Assembly (NCBI GenBank): GCA_964016885.1
Contig: OZ024740.1
Coordinates: 398,784,001 to 398,848,000, forward strand
Direction of reading: 5' to 3'
DNA length: 64,000 nucleotides
Origin: Eledone cirrhosa
Lineage: Eukaryota
Shown here piece after piece: positions 28,628-41,454 of the stretch. Position 1 is the stretch's first letter; each line of letters begins with the position of its first letter. The position numbers and the translations under genes were made by a program. The notes under the pieces were generated by a model. It had not been told where the DNA came from. It did no database searches and saw only the letters and a program-made list of their open reading frames with translations.

Positions 28628-28838
28628 CAGCGAACAATACTTCTCCACAACGGATGGGTTTCCGAGGTCTTGTTCGTGGCCCCTGCATAAGGGGTCTTTC
28701 TTGAGGCAAGAGGAGGTAGTTTTTAGCTTCATCTAGCAGATCACGACAGGATTCATCACTTTTTATAAGCAGATCAGATCCCACAGTACCAACCAGGAAC
28801 TTCGGACTCATCAATGGGAGACGAACATGCTGTAAGAC
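28628..28838 (-). CDS. KLHL20: KLHL20 coding exon 3
   Basis: [61 protein letters not shown]...VLFA; ttgcag acceptor, gtaaat donor; 211 nt. Confidence 0.95.
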
Positions 28839-29669
28839 CTGCAAAAGGTATAAAAAATTTATAAATATTTCTGTTATTCACACAGTCTATTAAAGCATTT
28901 AAAATATCCATTACATCATAATATTCCTTTATTTTACAAGGTTTTCTTAAAGTTTTCTTCTTCAAGCATGGGATTTGGATACTTAATTGAATCATGAATT
29001 GAATATTTAAATAAAATATCTAACACTCAGTTAAGTATCTTAAATAAAGCATCACATTTGGATAAATGCAGCTTATTTTCAGTAGAGGTATATAAACTCA
29101 TTGATGTTATACACATTGATGTATTCTTAAGGGAGCCATAAACAAATTCTAAAACATTAAAATGTACACTCTTTAGATGAAAGACAAGAAATTTGTTGTT
29201 TAGCCCTTAGGTTAGGTGGGAACAAGCAAACCTAAAATCCAAGATATTCCAACCATGATGATTCTGTTTTTTATTCAGATACAATATATCTAAGATTACA
29301 TTAGCCAATGCAATCTTATTTTTCTTAAGATAGTAGGGTGTGAGTTGCTATTTCTGGTAGGTCTGTGATTATATAGAAGCTATCCTTTTGCCTTGTTGGT
29401 GACGTAGTTGCCCAAATATATATTCAACATTGCAATTTGAGTTAAAGTAGCAGAATGGTTTCAGTTCAAATTGATTTTAAGCTTCTTGTGAGAACTTGGT
29501 CCTGACTGTACCTTGAGCAAGTTTAATATAGTAGTTTGCATTTCATTTGGAATACAATGCCAAATTGAAAACACTGCTTTATTGGAACATTGTTGGATTG
29601 TGTTACACACTTAGCATAGTTATATTTTTTATTGTATCAATCTATCATATATGGTAGAATATATAAGTG

Positions 29670-29775
29670 CAGGTGCATGACCTAGTGGTTAGGATGTTGG
29701 ACTCAAAATCATAAGGTCATGGATTTGATTCCTGGACTAGGTGGTATGTTGTATTCTTGAGTAAGACACTTTATG
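29670..29775 (+). mobile_element. Decayed tRNA-derived SINE head
   Basis: tgacctagtggttagg A-box, gatttgattcc B-box-like, followed by cttgagtaagacacttt. Confidence 0.55.
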
Positions 29776-30166
29776 ATAAGACTGGAGCCTCTATCATTAA
29801 AACACCCAAGAAACCTATGAAATGCTACCTCATAGGAGGCCAGCTAAACCTGCATAGTTTTAGCTGGCCTCCTATATATAGGATCCACTTCAACTTCATA
29901 GATGGGTATTTAGAAGTAGATAAACACCCAATTCACCTGCTGTGAAAATATATATGTTTTTAAATAATTTTAATGCAAATATTCAAGTTATTCAAGACCA
30001 TTATAGTTATGCTTGCATAGAAAAATAATGTAAAACTCTTATCTAAGAGATATTGCAAAAATATTTAAAAGAAATATAAATGTGTTTATAGGTATAGTTG
30101 TTTATTTAGTACACATGCAATTAATAAGTTGTTAAAGAATAAAGAATATAGTATTGTATGACATAC

Positions 30167-30325
30167 AGTTGGAAGATGCTGTCTTCTCTCTTGGATATTG
30201 TAACGGACCCATGCCATGACAGCGTTGTAGACTTGTTCTTCACTTCGTACATTCAGCTCATCACTGGAAATTATGTCAACAAGTTGATTCACAGGAAGTA
30301 GTAAGAATTCCTCACTTTCCATTAC
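30167..30325 (-). CDS. KLHL20: KLHL20 coding exon 2 (BACK domain)
   Basis: [40 protein letters not shown]...HLPT; tgtag acceptor, gtatgt donor; 159 nt. Confidence 0.95.
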
Positions 30326-30547
30326 CTACAACAGAAATTAAAACATTTCATCATCATCATCACTATTTTACACGTTTTCCGGGTTGGACGGGGTATCATG
30401 TTCTGAGACTAGACAGGACAAATGATTGTATTGCACATATATTCCATTTTGGCATGGTTTCTACAACTGGATGTTCTTCTTAACACCGACCAATTTATTA
30501 GTGTATACTGATTTATTTTTTCATGAAATTAAGACTACCACTCAATT

Positions 30548-30782
30548 TTAACCCTTTTGATACCAAACCATTCAAAACTGCCTCTGGGTCTATGAAACAA
30601 AACAATCCATTTTAAAGGGTCTTTATTTAAATTAAAACCTTCCAATACAATTTTACTTTTGTTATATTACAAATACCATCTTAACAATTAAATAATTAAT
30701 AAATTTTATAATTTTCTCTAAATTCTTCAATAACTAATTCAAATAGTGTATTTCATTAGGTACATAGTAATGAAAGGGTTAA
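30548..30782. mobile_element. TTAA-flanked MITE (older)
   Basis: TTAACCCTTTTGATAC...GTAATGAAAGGGTTAA termini, about 230 bp. Confidence 0.55.
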
Positions 30783-30999
30783 AACTGAAATGTCCCCAAA
30801 ACTTTATAAGGACTGAAATATGCAGAATTAAAGTGTTTAGCCCCAAAACAAAACATCTGATGTAAACTTGAACTCAGAATCCATACACCTATGACACAAT
30901 ACCTTAGCCACACAGGAATCAGATACAGGCAGACAAGATGCCATTCCTTGTTAGCTAGTCAACATGGTGTAGTGAGTATCATAGCAGAGTCATGGAAGA

Positions 31000-31565
31000 A
31001 GAGGTTGCGAATAAAACGGCAGTTAGAAATTTAACAGGATCATAATGGGCAAGAAGCTTGAAGCTAGATATTGGGTTTACTCAGTAAGAAGGGGAGAAAG
31101 TAAGAGGTTTGTAACACGAGGATCAGAGGTGAAGTACAAGGCAGTGTATTAGAGTGAACTGAGGTGTGGGAAAGAAATGTGTACAAAATGAGAGCGGTCC
31201 ACTTATTCTTACTGATGTTGAAAAGAAGGAAACATGAAAATACAATTAGAAAAAGTTGGTGAACGAGGAGAATGTGTATGAGACTGAGGGACCAGTTAAT
31301 CAAGTCAACAGTAGTATAGTAGCAAGCACAATTAAGGACATAAATGTAGTTGGTCCATCAGGAATAGTCACTAAAATGATTAAACAATCTAGCAGAGTAA
31401 GGCATAGGTTAGTCACTCACAGAGTAAGGCATAGGTTAGTTAATCTGGTACAGGTAGTACAGGATGGTGTCATATCCAATGACTGGCATAGCAGTATCAT
31501 TGTTCATTGCTATAAGGGCAAAGGGGATACACTAGAGAGAGGCTATTACACAAAAGGATTTGATT
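31000..31565 (+). mobile_element. Decayed RTE fragment (pre-RT region)
   Basis: ORF 31256-31567 (GPSGIV...DWHSSIIVHCYKGKGDTLERGYY) is homologous to the N-terminal part of ORF 33528. Confidence 0.8.
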
Positions 31566-31648
31566 AATTACATTAAACATTTTATCAACTGAGGTCAGAT
31601 TTCAAATTAAAAAACAAATACACTAACAATATAAAAAAGAAAATATAC

Positions 31649-32146
31649 CTCTTGAAAGTTGTGTTGGGTAAATTTATCAGCTATTCTTAGGAGGTCTCGA
31701 CAGGCATGAGTATCAGCAAAGGCACGAATCCCAAGGCAATTGGATGGATCCAGTTGCCGTTTTAAGAACTCACAGCACACTTCTTGAATTTCTGCTAGTT
31801 GCAATAAGCATGCAGCTGGCAGTAAAGTCTGTACATTGCTTTCTTCAACAGTAATGTTTGCAGTATAACAAAAGTCTATGAGAAGCTCCATGGCATTCTC
31901 ATCAATGTCTCTTATGGTAACCTCTGTCTGTCGACTCTCTGCTAATTCTCCTGTGAACATGGCATGGAAGTAAGGACTGCACGCTGACAAAATCATGCGA
32001 TGAGCAAAAATCTTTCGTTGTCCAACAATAAGCACCACATCACACAGCTCTCGCAATTTCCGAAGAACATTAATGGCCTCCAAGGTATGCCGCGGATGTT
32101 TATCTGAGGTGTATGCCAGTCGTGCTGGAGATGGAGGCCGCTCCAT
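31649..32146 (-). CDS. KLHL20: KLHL20 coding exon 1 (BTB domain); exon acceptor at 32193
   Basis: MERPPSPAR...[40 protein letters not shown]...[17 protein letters not shown]. An in-frame TGA 42 nt upstream supports ATG 32146 as the start. Donor gtatat; upstream acceptor ttttccag at 32194-32195. Confidence 0.95.
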
Positions 32147-33447
32147 TGTAATAAGTAAAGTAAAAAACAACAAAAAGGTTTTGCTTCAAAAATCTGGAAA
32201 ATAAATGAAATTATTTCAAGTTATTGAAGGAATCAAAACAGTGAATGCATTCAAATTTACAAAAGAAAGACATGTTATGAGGGTGTATCAAATTTATATC
32301 AGAATAAAAACTTACACACAAAATTAACAATCACAATGTATTATTATTACTGTCATATTTATATTATTATCATTTATTAAAACTTTCATTTTTATATTTT
32401 ACACAGAATAAGTATTAAATTTCATGTGCAGCTTTTTCAGAAATGTGCTATTTTGTGAAAATTAATTGAATGGAAAAAAAAAGTTAAATTAAAAGGTATA
32501 ATGTTAATGTCATGTTATCCATTATAACACAAGATAAATAAAATTTTTTACTTAATTAATATTGAAATATTAACTTTTAAGTGATAGTTTCTCAATGCTG
32601 GGAAGCTAAAAAAAGCTTCAAAATTTTGGAGTTTACTCCTACTCAGTTTTTTTTTAGAAAAAAAAAAAAAGACTAAATTTATCCACCCGCCACACACACT
32701 CATTATATCCCAAGGTTTAAGCATTAACTATTTGTTTTTATACTTTTCATTATTAATCATCGTTTTTACATCCGTTTTTCTGTGATAGTAATAATGAAGA
32801 AATTGTTTCCTAAGGAGTGTCACAGTGGCTATAGGTAAAAGTTTTGGATTATGGACTATGAAGTGAAGATGTCAAGCTTGAAATAGCTATTGTATTGTGA
32901 TGTTATGTACATTGCACTCTACTACATAATATATGTATAGATTTTTAACCAACACTATATATAGACTAATGTAAACACCTGGTCTGTGTACACAATATAT
33001 TCATGTCTTAGTCGGCCATCTAGCCATCGGCCTATTTATCTTATGAGTCACCAAGTATGTTCCATGCAGCTGATAATATCATATCATCTTCCAACAGGGT
33101 AATTATCTAGGCCTTCTTTGCTTTGCACTTGGTGGTGATAATATCATGCATAGCATCACAGCACCTTTCAATATTTGTTACTTGGATGATGTATCAGTAG
33201 GTGGACCTGCTACACTATCTGCTATGATCTTCACTCAGCAGTCCCTGCCTTGTTGAGGATCAGAAATTTATCCAATTCTCAAGTCACGAATCTCAACTAC
33301 AACAGATGGTTTCAAGGCCACCATCAAGAATATGTGCTTTTTTAGGATATTCTGAAAGAGAAAATGAGAACCTTTGGATTCATTCAATCTCCTTATTTTC
33401 AGCTTCTTTCTAGTACTGATCACATTAATAAATTCAAATAGTCAGTC

Positions 33448-35693
33448 ACTACGAAAGGCTTCTAAATGAGGAGAACAAATAGGAGAAAGACAGTCTCCCC
33501 CAGATCGATCCAATAGAGGGACCAGCAGTGTTAGTTGAAGGTAGTATAATAAGTAAGGCAATCAAAGATATGAAGACGGGTAAGGCGGCTGGGCCTTCGG
33601 AAATAGTTGCTGAGATGCTGAAGGCATCTGGTTCGGTGGGACACACCATGGTCACCCGGATAGTTAACCAAGTCGTACAGAATGGGGTTGTTCCGAAGGA
33701 ATGGCGTAGCAGCATCATCGTTAACTGCTATAAGGGAAAAGGAGATGCCCTAGATAGGAGTAACTATAGAGGCATTAAATTAATCGACCAGGTCATGAAG
33801 GTCACGGAAAAAGTAATAGCGCAACTAATCAGAGAGAGAATTGATCTAGATGAAATGCAGTTCGGGTTTGTGTCAGGCAAAAGTACCACAGACGCTCTTT
33901 TCATTGTACGACAACTACAGGAGAAGTACCTAGCTAAAAGTAAACCCCTATACTTAGCTTTCGTCGACTTGGAGAAAGCCTTCGACAGAGTCCCCCGTTC
34001 CATTATCTGGTGGTCTCTTAGAAAACTAGGTGTTGACGAATGGCTTGTGAGAGCTATACAAGCCATGTATAAAGAAACAGTCAGTAAGGTTAGAATTAAC
34101 AACGAATATAGTGAAGAGTTTAGCGTAAAAGTTGGTGTCCATCAGGGCTCTGTTCTTAGCCCCCTACTATTTATTATTGCCCTTCAGGCTATAACAGAGG
34201 AGTTCAAGACCGGCTGCCCATGGGAACTCCTATACGCAGATGATCTAACGCTCATAGCTGAATCAATGACCGAACTAGAGAAGAAATTCCAAACATGGAA
34301 GCACGGCCTAGAATCAAAAGGCCTTAAAATTAACCTGGCTAAGACTAAAGTTCTAGTTTGTAGGAAAGAAAATAAGGCGGCGGTCCCATCTGGGAAATGG
34401 CCATGCTCAGTGTGTAGGAAAGGCGTAGGTAGAAACTCCATTTTATGTCCCAAATGCAAAGTATGGGTGCATAAAAGATGTAGTGGGATCACAGGTAAGC
34501 TAACTAAGAACATAGATTTTACATGTGGCCGGTGCTCTGGTGCAATAAGTAGCAGCAAGTGCCCACAAAATACTAGCTCCTTCAACTGCGCAGAGGGTTC
34601 TATAGAAATAGTGGACAGCTTCCGTTATCTGGGTGACAAAATCAGCAGTGGGGGAGGGTGCTCTGAAAGTATAGTAGCTAGAGTCAGAACTGGATGGAAA
34701 AAGTTCAGAGAGCTTATACCACTATTAGCCGCTAGAGGGTTCTCCCTAAAAATGAAAGGCAGGTTATACAATGCCTGCATACGAACAGCAATGCTGCATG
34801 GCAGTGAGACCTGGGCATTGTGTGCAGAGGATATACGCAGACTAGAGAGGAACGAAGCTTGCATGCTCCGCTGGATGTGCAATAGTAATATACGTGAACG
34901 GCAAAGCATAAACGAACTAAGGAAAAAATTAGAAATAAGAGGGATCAGATGTTGTTTACTCGAGAGAAGGCTACGTTGGTACGGTCACGTGATGCGCATG
35001 AAAGACGACAGCTGTATAACAAAGTGCAAGGCAATAAAGATAGACGGTAGCCACGGAGTAGGCAGACCCAGAAAAACATGGGACGAGCTGATAAATTCCG
35101 ACCTCACACGCTTACACCTCTCCAAGACAATGTCACTGGACCGAGACCTTTGGCGGTACTCAGTAATAGAGAAGACCCGCCTTACCTAAATACAAAGTAA
35201 AAACCTACTCCAGCCAGTAGGCATCTCTAACAAAACACACCCCCGTCCCACCACCTCCACCCCACCCACACCGCCCCTTTCAATGTAAAGTTATGTTGGT
35301 CCCACAACATCCAGGCCGAAACAAATGAGATCGTGTAGGTGTCACGACAAAAAACACACAGTCCACGCTGTAAATGTGGCCGTGTAGGCAACACGGTAAA
35401 AACCTCCCAGCCCCACACTGTAAATGTGGTTGGTGTTAGGAAGGGCATCCAGCTGTAGAAAACCCGCCAGACAGTCCACGCTGTAATGTGGCCGTGTAGG
35501 CAACACGGTAAAAACCTCCCAGCCCCACACTGTAAATGTGGTTGGTGTTAGGAAGGGCATCCAACTGTAGAAAACCCGCCAGACAGTCCTATGCGAGCAA
35601 GACAATCACTCTTGCCTCAAGTGGGAAAACCCCCATCCAAACCCATGCAAGCGTGGAACACGGACGCTAAACCTGATGATGATGATGATGATG
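33448..35693 (+). mobile_element. Young 5'-truncated RTE LINE with an intact 553-aa RT, PHD-like finger and C-terminal frame
   Basis: QFGF, FVDLEKAFDRVP, GVHQGSVLSPLLF, LLYADDL, FRYLG, LRWYGHV, GRPRKTW; 3' UTR with a duplicated module; (GAT)n tail. Lacks the endonuclease and has a stop near 33480. Confidence 0.96.
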
Positions 35694-37299
35694 AATTCCA
35701 CCGAATATATTAATGGTACTGATGATCCATATTTTGAAATTTCACATTACAAGAATCAGTATCATCATGACTACCATTATCGTGATCACCAACACCAGAA
35801 CCTATTTATATATTTATGGTTTTGTTGTTGTATCTACAAGAACCAGCATTCAACTTTCTTCTTCTTCTTTGCCCACTTATTCCTGAGAGAGTCATGGGGG
35901 CAGAGTGCTCAAACATTCCTTCCAGAGGGCCCTGTCAGAAGCAACCATCTCCAACTGATCTAGCTGGATCCCTAAGCAAGACCAGCCAAGCTCATAGATG
36001 TTATCCAACCATCATGCTCAGGGTCTACCCCTGGGTCTCCTGCTGGTTGGTTTTGCCCGTAAAATATGTCCAGCGATTCTTTCTCAATTCAGAGAAGTAG
36101 TGGCTCTATCTGGAGTGAATCTCTGATCTCCAAGCCATGCATTCGATCTATTAACGTTACTCCAAAGACCCTTTGGTGGAACACCATTTTGGCCGCTTGT
36201 ATTCGCGATCATATTCTTTTGGTAATTACCCAAGATTCATGGTTAGCACGAAACCGAATTGAAGATAGCGAGTTTGGCTTTTACACCTAACTCCTTTCTT
36301 CTGATTAACTTTTTTTATACAAAGCTATCTGAAACTAACCCTCTTTCTACAATTTAAAACTGCTTGTTTTAAAATGTTTATATTTATTTTAAAACTTTTC
36401 ATCATAATTTTATGTAAGAACTTTTGTTAAGTAACATACCAAATACCATCCTAATAATGAGAAAATTAGTGACATTACTAAATCCCTTCAAATTTTTGAT
36501 TATTTAATAACTACATGCAGTGTCTTTTATTCAAAATATAGTAACAAAAGAATTAACAGACAATTCCTCATTGTAGTTGTAGCTGTAATGCAAATTTTAG
36601 TTAATTCATATTATTAACATATCCACATAATTTTGGAGAACCACAAACATTAAAGAATGTCTTCCCAATAATGTAATTCAATTTAGTGACTAAAGGAGAG
36701 CAAGAAAACAAGCAAATTCACTTAGCTCATAGCCCAAACCACACAAATTTAAGCCAATAAAAGTTAAAAAGTAAAAAAACTTTGAAGGTAGGTGAAAAAA
36801 ACAACAACTATAACTCATGTCCTAATTCCACTTTCATTCATAATCCAAAATTGAAGTGATTCTGTTCAGCATATGTTGAATAATTGCTTTTGCCACAGTC
36901 ATTTACAGTACTGAGTTATATACATTAGTTTGGACATCAAATTTGCAATTTATAAAGTTTGCTCCACGTTTTAGATATGTTAAATGGCAGCTTTATGAAA
37001 CAAGTAAAGCAAAGACATGTAACAATATTAATATCATTTAATTATGACACACATCATACATCATGTGTATTATTACAAAATAAGAAATATACCAAATGTG
37101 TATCACATAGCAAGTAATACATAAACAGAGGACTGAAAACAAGGATAACTCTAAAGCAACAGAATATCAATCTGAGACTAGGTTATTGAACATAGTATAA
37201 TAGGAATAAGAAGTAATAATTATAACAGCTTACAATAAGCTAATTTACTTTCAAAATTCAAATTTGCTCAATGCCTTGTAAAACAAATTTTTTTGTTTA

Positions 37300-39415
37300 T
37301 ATTTTCTAGCTGATAGATAAGACTTTAAAATGTCTTGCTTTGGTGTAATGGTAATACAGCTGTCCAGCTTTACAGTCAACATTGCATCACTAGAGATGAT
37401 GCTCTCAAGATACACAAAAAAAGAGTTGTCTATGACTTGAGTGTCAATAAAAATATTGGGAGGCAGATGATTATGCCCCAAAGAAATTTGCAGTATTAAA
37501 GTATTCTTATACTCCAGCCCCATTCGCTAATAGACCAAACTTCTTGAGTGACCTCCCATAAGAAATTTCATAGTGGATTTAATTCCAGTTAGTGTTGTGT
37601 GTATTTCACCCATAAAAACTCAACTCTCTTCAACTTTAATTCAGTCAATTACTACTCAACAAGCTTTGCCTGAATTCATGGAGTGCTAAAAAAGATTACA
37701 CTGATATATGTTTAGAAGTACAAAGAGTAATACATTGAATTGGCTTAGTATAATATATGTTTAAATGTACAGACTAATACTGAAGTGGCTTAGTTTCCAT
37801 TTATCTACATAGATGCATTGACAAGTACTTCAAGTGTCATGTATCCATCTGCAAATGAACAATCCTAGCAGTGAAAAATATGACTGTGAGAGAAATCAAC
37901 AGAAGACTACTGGACATGACACCCAGACAGAAAAAAATATAACTAATCAATAGACACAGTCACTTTGTAGGGCCAGGTTGTAAATTATCCAACTGAATAT
38001 CTGAAATGCCTCAAACCAACACAAACCCCTCTATACCATCTGATGCTGAAGCTTGGAGAATTCATTATATTACTTCATAACTTATATCCTCCCAAATTAT
38101 GCAATGACAAAAGACTCATCACAAAAAATGATGACATGTGCCTTAAGGTCACAAAATTTGCTGGTGGCAGTTGTTTCTTTTCCAGTGTTTTGACATTTGA
38201 ATTTCAAAGGCTTTAATCCTCAGTCAAACTTATCTTTGCCAAAACCATCAATAACTCTCAAGGACAATCACTGAAGGATGTTGGAAGGAATCTGGCAGAT
38301 CCTGATGATTCCCATGGTCAGCTTTATGTTGACACTTCAAGTGTTTGGAACCCCAATTGTCACGTCATTGTTAAAACAGCAGAGCAAACCCAAGAATATT
38401 GCTTATTACAAAGATTTGGAATAAACAAATAAATGAACAAGACCATTTCACTGCAATTCTTACTTCCATGACAATACCCTAATTCATTAATCATACAGTT
38501 TGTAATGCATACCAAAATCTCTACATTATTGCATAGAGTCACTCTGTTACAATGCCCAGGCATCATCATATACTTCTAGTATATATATATATAGGCTATG
38601 GACTAACTGTCCATCTGATAACATTGTCCCCCTCCATCAAATATATTAACCAAGTTTCTAATAAGCATGCAGATGTGATACAAATACAGTATGTGGTAGA
38701 CAGATCTGAAGACAAGCCAGGTAAGAGTGACTGAATTTAGCAATGGTGATAGGTTGTCCTTTAATCATCCCATTGCATGGTACATTCAACTTTAAACTGA
38801 TGCACATCTTTCCTACAACTTCCAATTTACAGAAAGTCCATTGGCAACAATAGTACAGGCAATGAGGGTGTGCTTCAGTTGGTCTTATTAATGCTTCCTC
38901 TAATGCTGACCAAAATAACCACTATCCTTGGCAGTGAGGGCTCCTATATATGGATTATGTGCTTAGTCTAGCAGAGAATGCAACTTATAAGCATTGCTTT
39001 GATGCTGATAGATTGTACATACCTGAGAATTTCAGTATGAAGAATTTTATCCTTCTAAGGATATGTAGCAAACAACAAAGGTGGGAGGTTTCCAATGTTC
39101 TGATTTGCTTCCTATAGAGCATTCAGGCTTCACACCCATACAACAGTGTTGAAATAGACAGTAACTTCAATATAAAGCAAAGGTAATGATTCAATAAAAT
39201 ATACCTGCACATGTGCCCAGACATAGAAGCCTGTTTAATTCTGTAATTTAGCTCTTCAGTCAACATTGCTTACAAAATACACAAAAAAAAGACATGCGGC
39301 CTAAGACTTGGGTTTCAATAGAAATATCGGGAGGCAGATAATTATGCCTAAAAGAAGTTTACAATATAAGAGTTTTCTTATACTGCAGTCCTATTCGCTC
39401 ATAGATCAAATTAAC
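37300..39415 (-). mobile_element. Two decayed RTE/BovB-like RT remnants (about 37340-37540 and 38800-39410)
   Basis: The two segments are similar to each other; translation PPNIFIDTQVIDNSFFVYLESIISSDA resembles the RTE F-YLGS-IS region. Confidence 0.55.
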
Positions 39416-39499
39416 CCTTAGATGGAGCTCTTTTCACAAGCCCTACAGAGGACATGCACTTAATTTTTAAAAATTATAAAAAATAAAGTGCATGATAAA

Positions 39500-41000
39500 T
39501 TACAGAATATATCAAATTATCATGGAAGCCACTATTGAAAGGCCCAGATATGCAAGATTCAATCTGACTGGCTGGTATGAAGACCAGCCAGCTAATCTCG
39601 AGAATTGTATTATCGGGCTGATAGATCAGCCCTGTTGTCTCCTAAGGATTAAGGAACATAGCAATTCTTTACAGACATTTTGAATAAAGAAATACGAGCA
39701 GTGTTGTCCATATATTGCAGATCATAAATGACCATGGTTGAGATTTTGGAGTGGCCAGAAAACATGGCAATTGAAAAGATTTCTGTTTAGGTAAGAGTTG
39801 TATCCAATTTGCTCAACCCAAACACTCTAGTTAAAACCAACAGAGACATATGACAAGGACCCAGTGCACACTGTCTACACCCAGGATTATGTATATGTTA
39901 CATTGTCTATCTCTAGGCAGACACAGTATGTACTGAAGCAGCTGAATAATCACTCAAATAGGGGTGTAATATATCTTGATAGAAAAGGGTCTTTGATAAA
40001 GTCAATCAAGGAATGATAAATCATAAGTGTGTGATCTCAGGATAGCTGGAAAACTAGAAGAATGGCTACATAACTTCTTAAAAGACAAACCAGGCTGTTC
40101 CAGTGAATGGCAACCTCTCAGGAAATATCAATTGGAAGTGAAGCCCCCTCCCAGGGAACTGTTCTGGGATCACTGTTGTTTGTAGTGACCCTCTCAGATA
40201 TACCCTCAGTTGTACAAGCAGTAACTCTCACTAGCCAAGCTGACAATATAAAAAAGCTCAAACAAATGAGAATTGGACAGATGCAATTCTCTGACAGTGA
40301 GATTTAAAAATCCATATACAAATGGGCTGAAAACAACATGCAATTTAATGCAGGAAAATTTCAAGCCCTCTGCTATCCACCTGCTAGCACAAACACATTG
40401 CAACAAAGATAGTCAGAACAAAGAAGGATTTTGTTTATTATCAAGATGGCAGTAATATGAAGACAACAGGCTGAATGGATTTTGAGATCACTCAGGACAA
40501 GAGATCAGGAAACTATAGAGCACATGTCCTCAGATGTCTGGATTATTGCTCTCAACTATGGTCACCCTACAGTTTCAAATTAACTGTGGAACAAAGCAAT
40601 CCAATGATGCTAGACCAAGAAGATTGTTTCAGTGAAAAGGATGAGTTACTGGAAGAGGCTGAAAGAGTGAAGATAGGAAAGATATACATATAAAAGATCA
40701 TGAAAGGGTTAGCATGAAACTTTAAATTTTGATATCTATACCAACCCCCAAACAAGATGCCACTGTGTAGTGCCCTAACTTTTCTTTTTAATATATAGCC
40801 AAAAAACCTGAGAGATGTACATGGAGTTGATGTAGATGTTTTCAAGAAGCATCTCAATATTCTGTTGTCTAAGATCCCAAATGAGCCCACAGAAGCCCAA
40901 GAAACACAAATAAGGGTGGCAGTGTCAAACTTCCTCATTCATTAATGGCCAACTATGGAAGAACAGGTATAGAAATTGTAACTGAAACAAGTAAAAGAGT
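39500..41000 (+). mobile_element. Old, heavily decayed CR1-type LINE
   Basis: PSQGTVLGSLLF and LDYCSQLWSP remnants; tail actgaaacaagtaaaagag. Confidence 0.7.
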
Positions 41001-41405
41001 ATATATATATATACACACACACACACACGCAATCATCATCATTTAATGTCTGTTTTCCCTGCTAAGAAGGGTTAGATGGGTTATCCCCGACCAAGTCAGT
41101 ACCTAATCAGAGTTACTGACCCTTCAGACAAACTGGGAGTTGGATCTCACATACATTCCCATATTCTATGGTGTGTACAGAGTGCATGTTATCATGGCAC
41201 AAGCACTAGGAATGACTTTTATACAAGTGAAGAATCCTCTCAACCGTGACTGGGGTTTTATGGCTAGATGCCTTTCCTTTCACCAACTACTATTACTATA
41301 GCAGCAGTGTACTGAGTGTGTTATATTATAACACCAACACTAGAAATGCTGTTGCATCCTTCTCACAATCCTATATATACATACTCTAGATGTTCTAACA
41401 CACAC

Positions 41406-41449
<44 letters not shown>

Positions 41450-41454
41450 GTCGT

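Noticed and set aside
29670-29745. tRNA gene
   Set aside because: Degenerate A/B boxes run into SINE body sequence with no proper cloverleaf; the same applies near 47480-47555 and 4010-4098.
32147-32173. ORF-track N-terminal extension MLFFTLLIT of KLHL20
   Set aside because: It starts at a TTG codon; the first ATG after the in-frame stop is 32146.
8670-38310. Isolated CTGATGA matches (about 8670, 12562, 15539, 19160, 35674, 38302) as hammerheads
   Set aside because: No convincing stem II plus GAAA plus stem I pairing; chance or microsatellite-derived.
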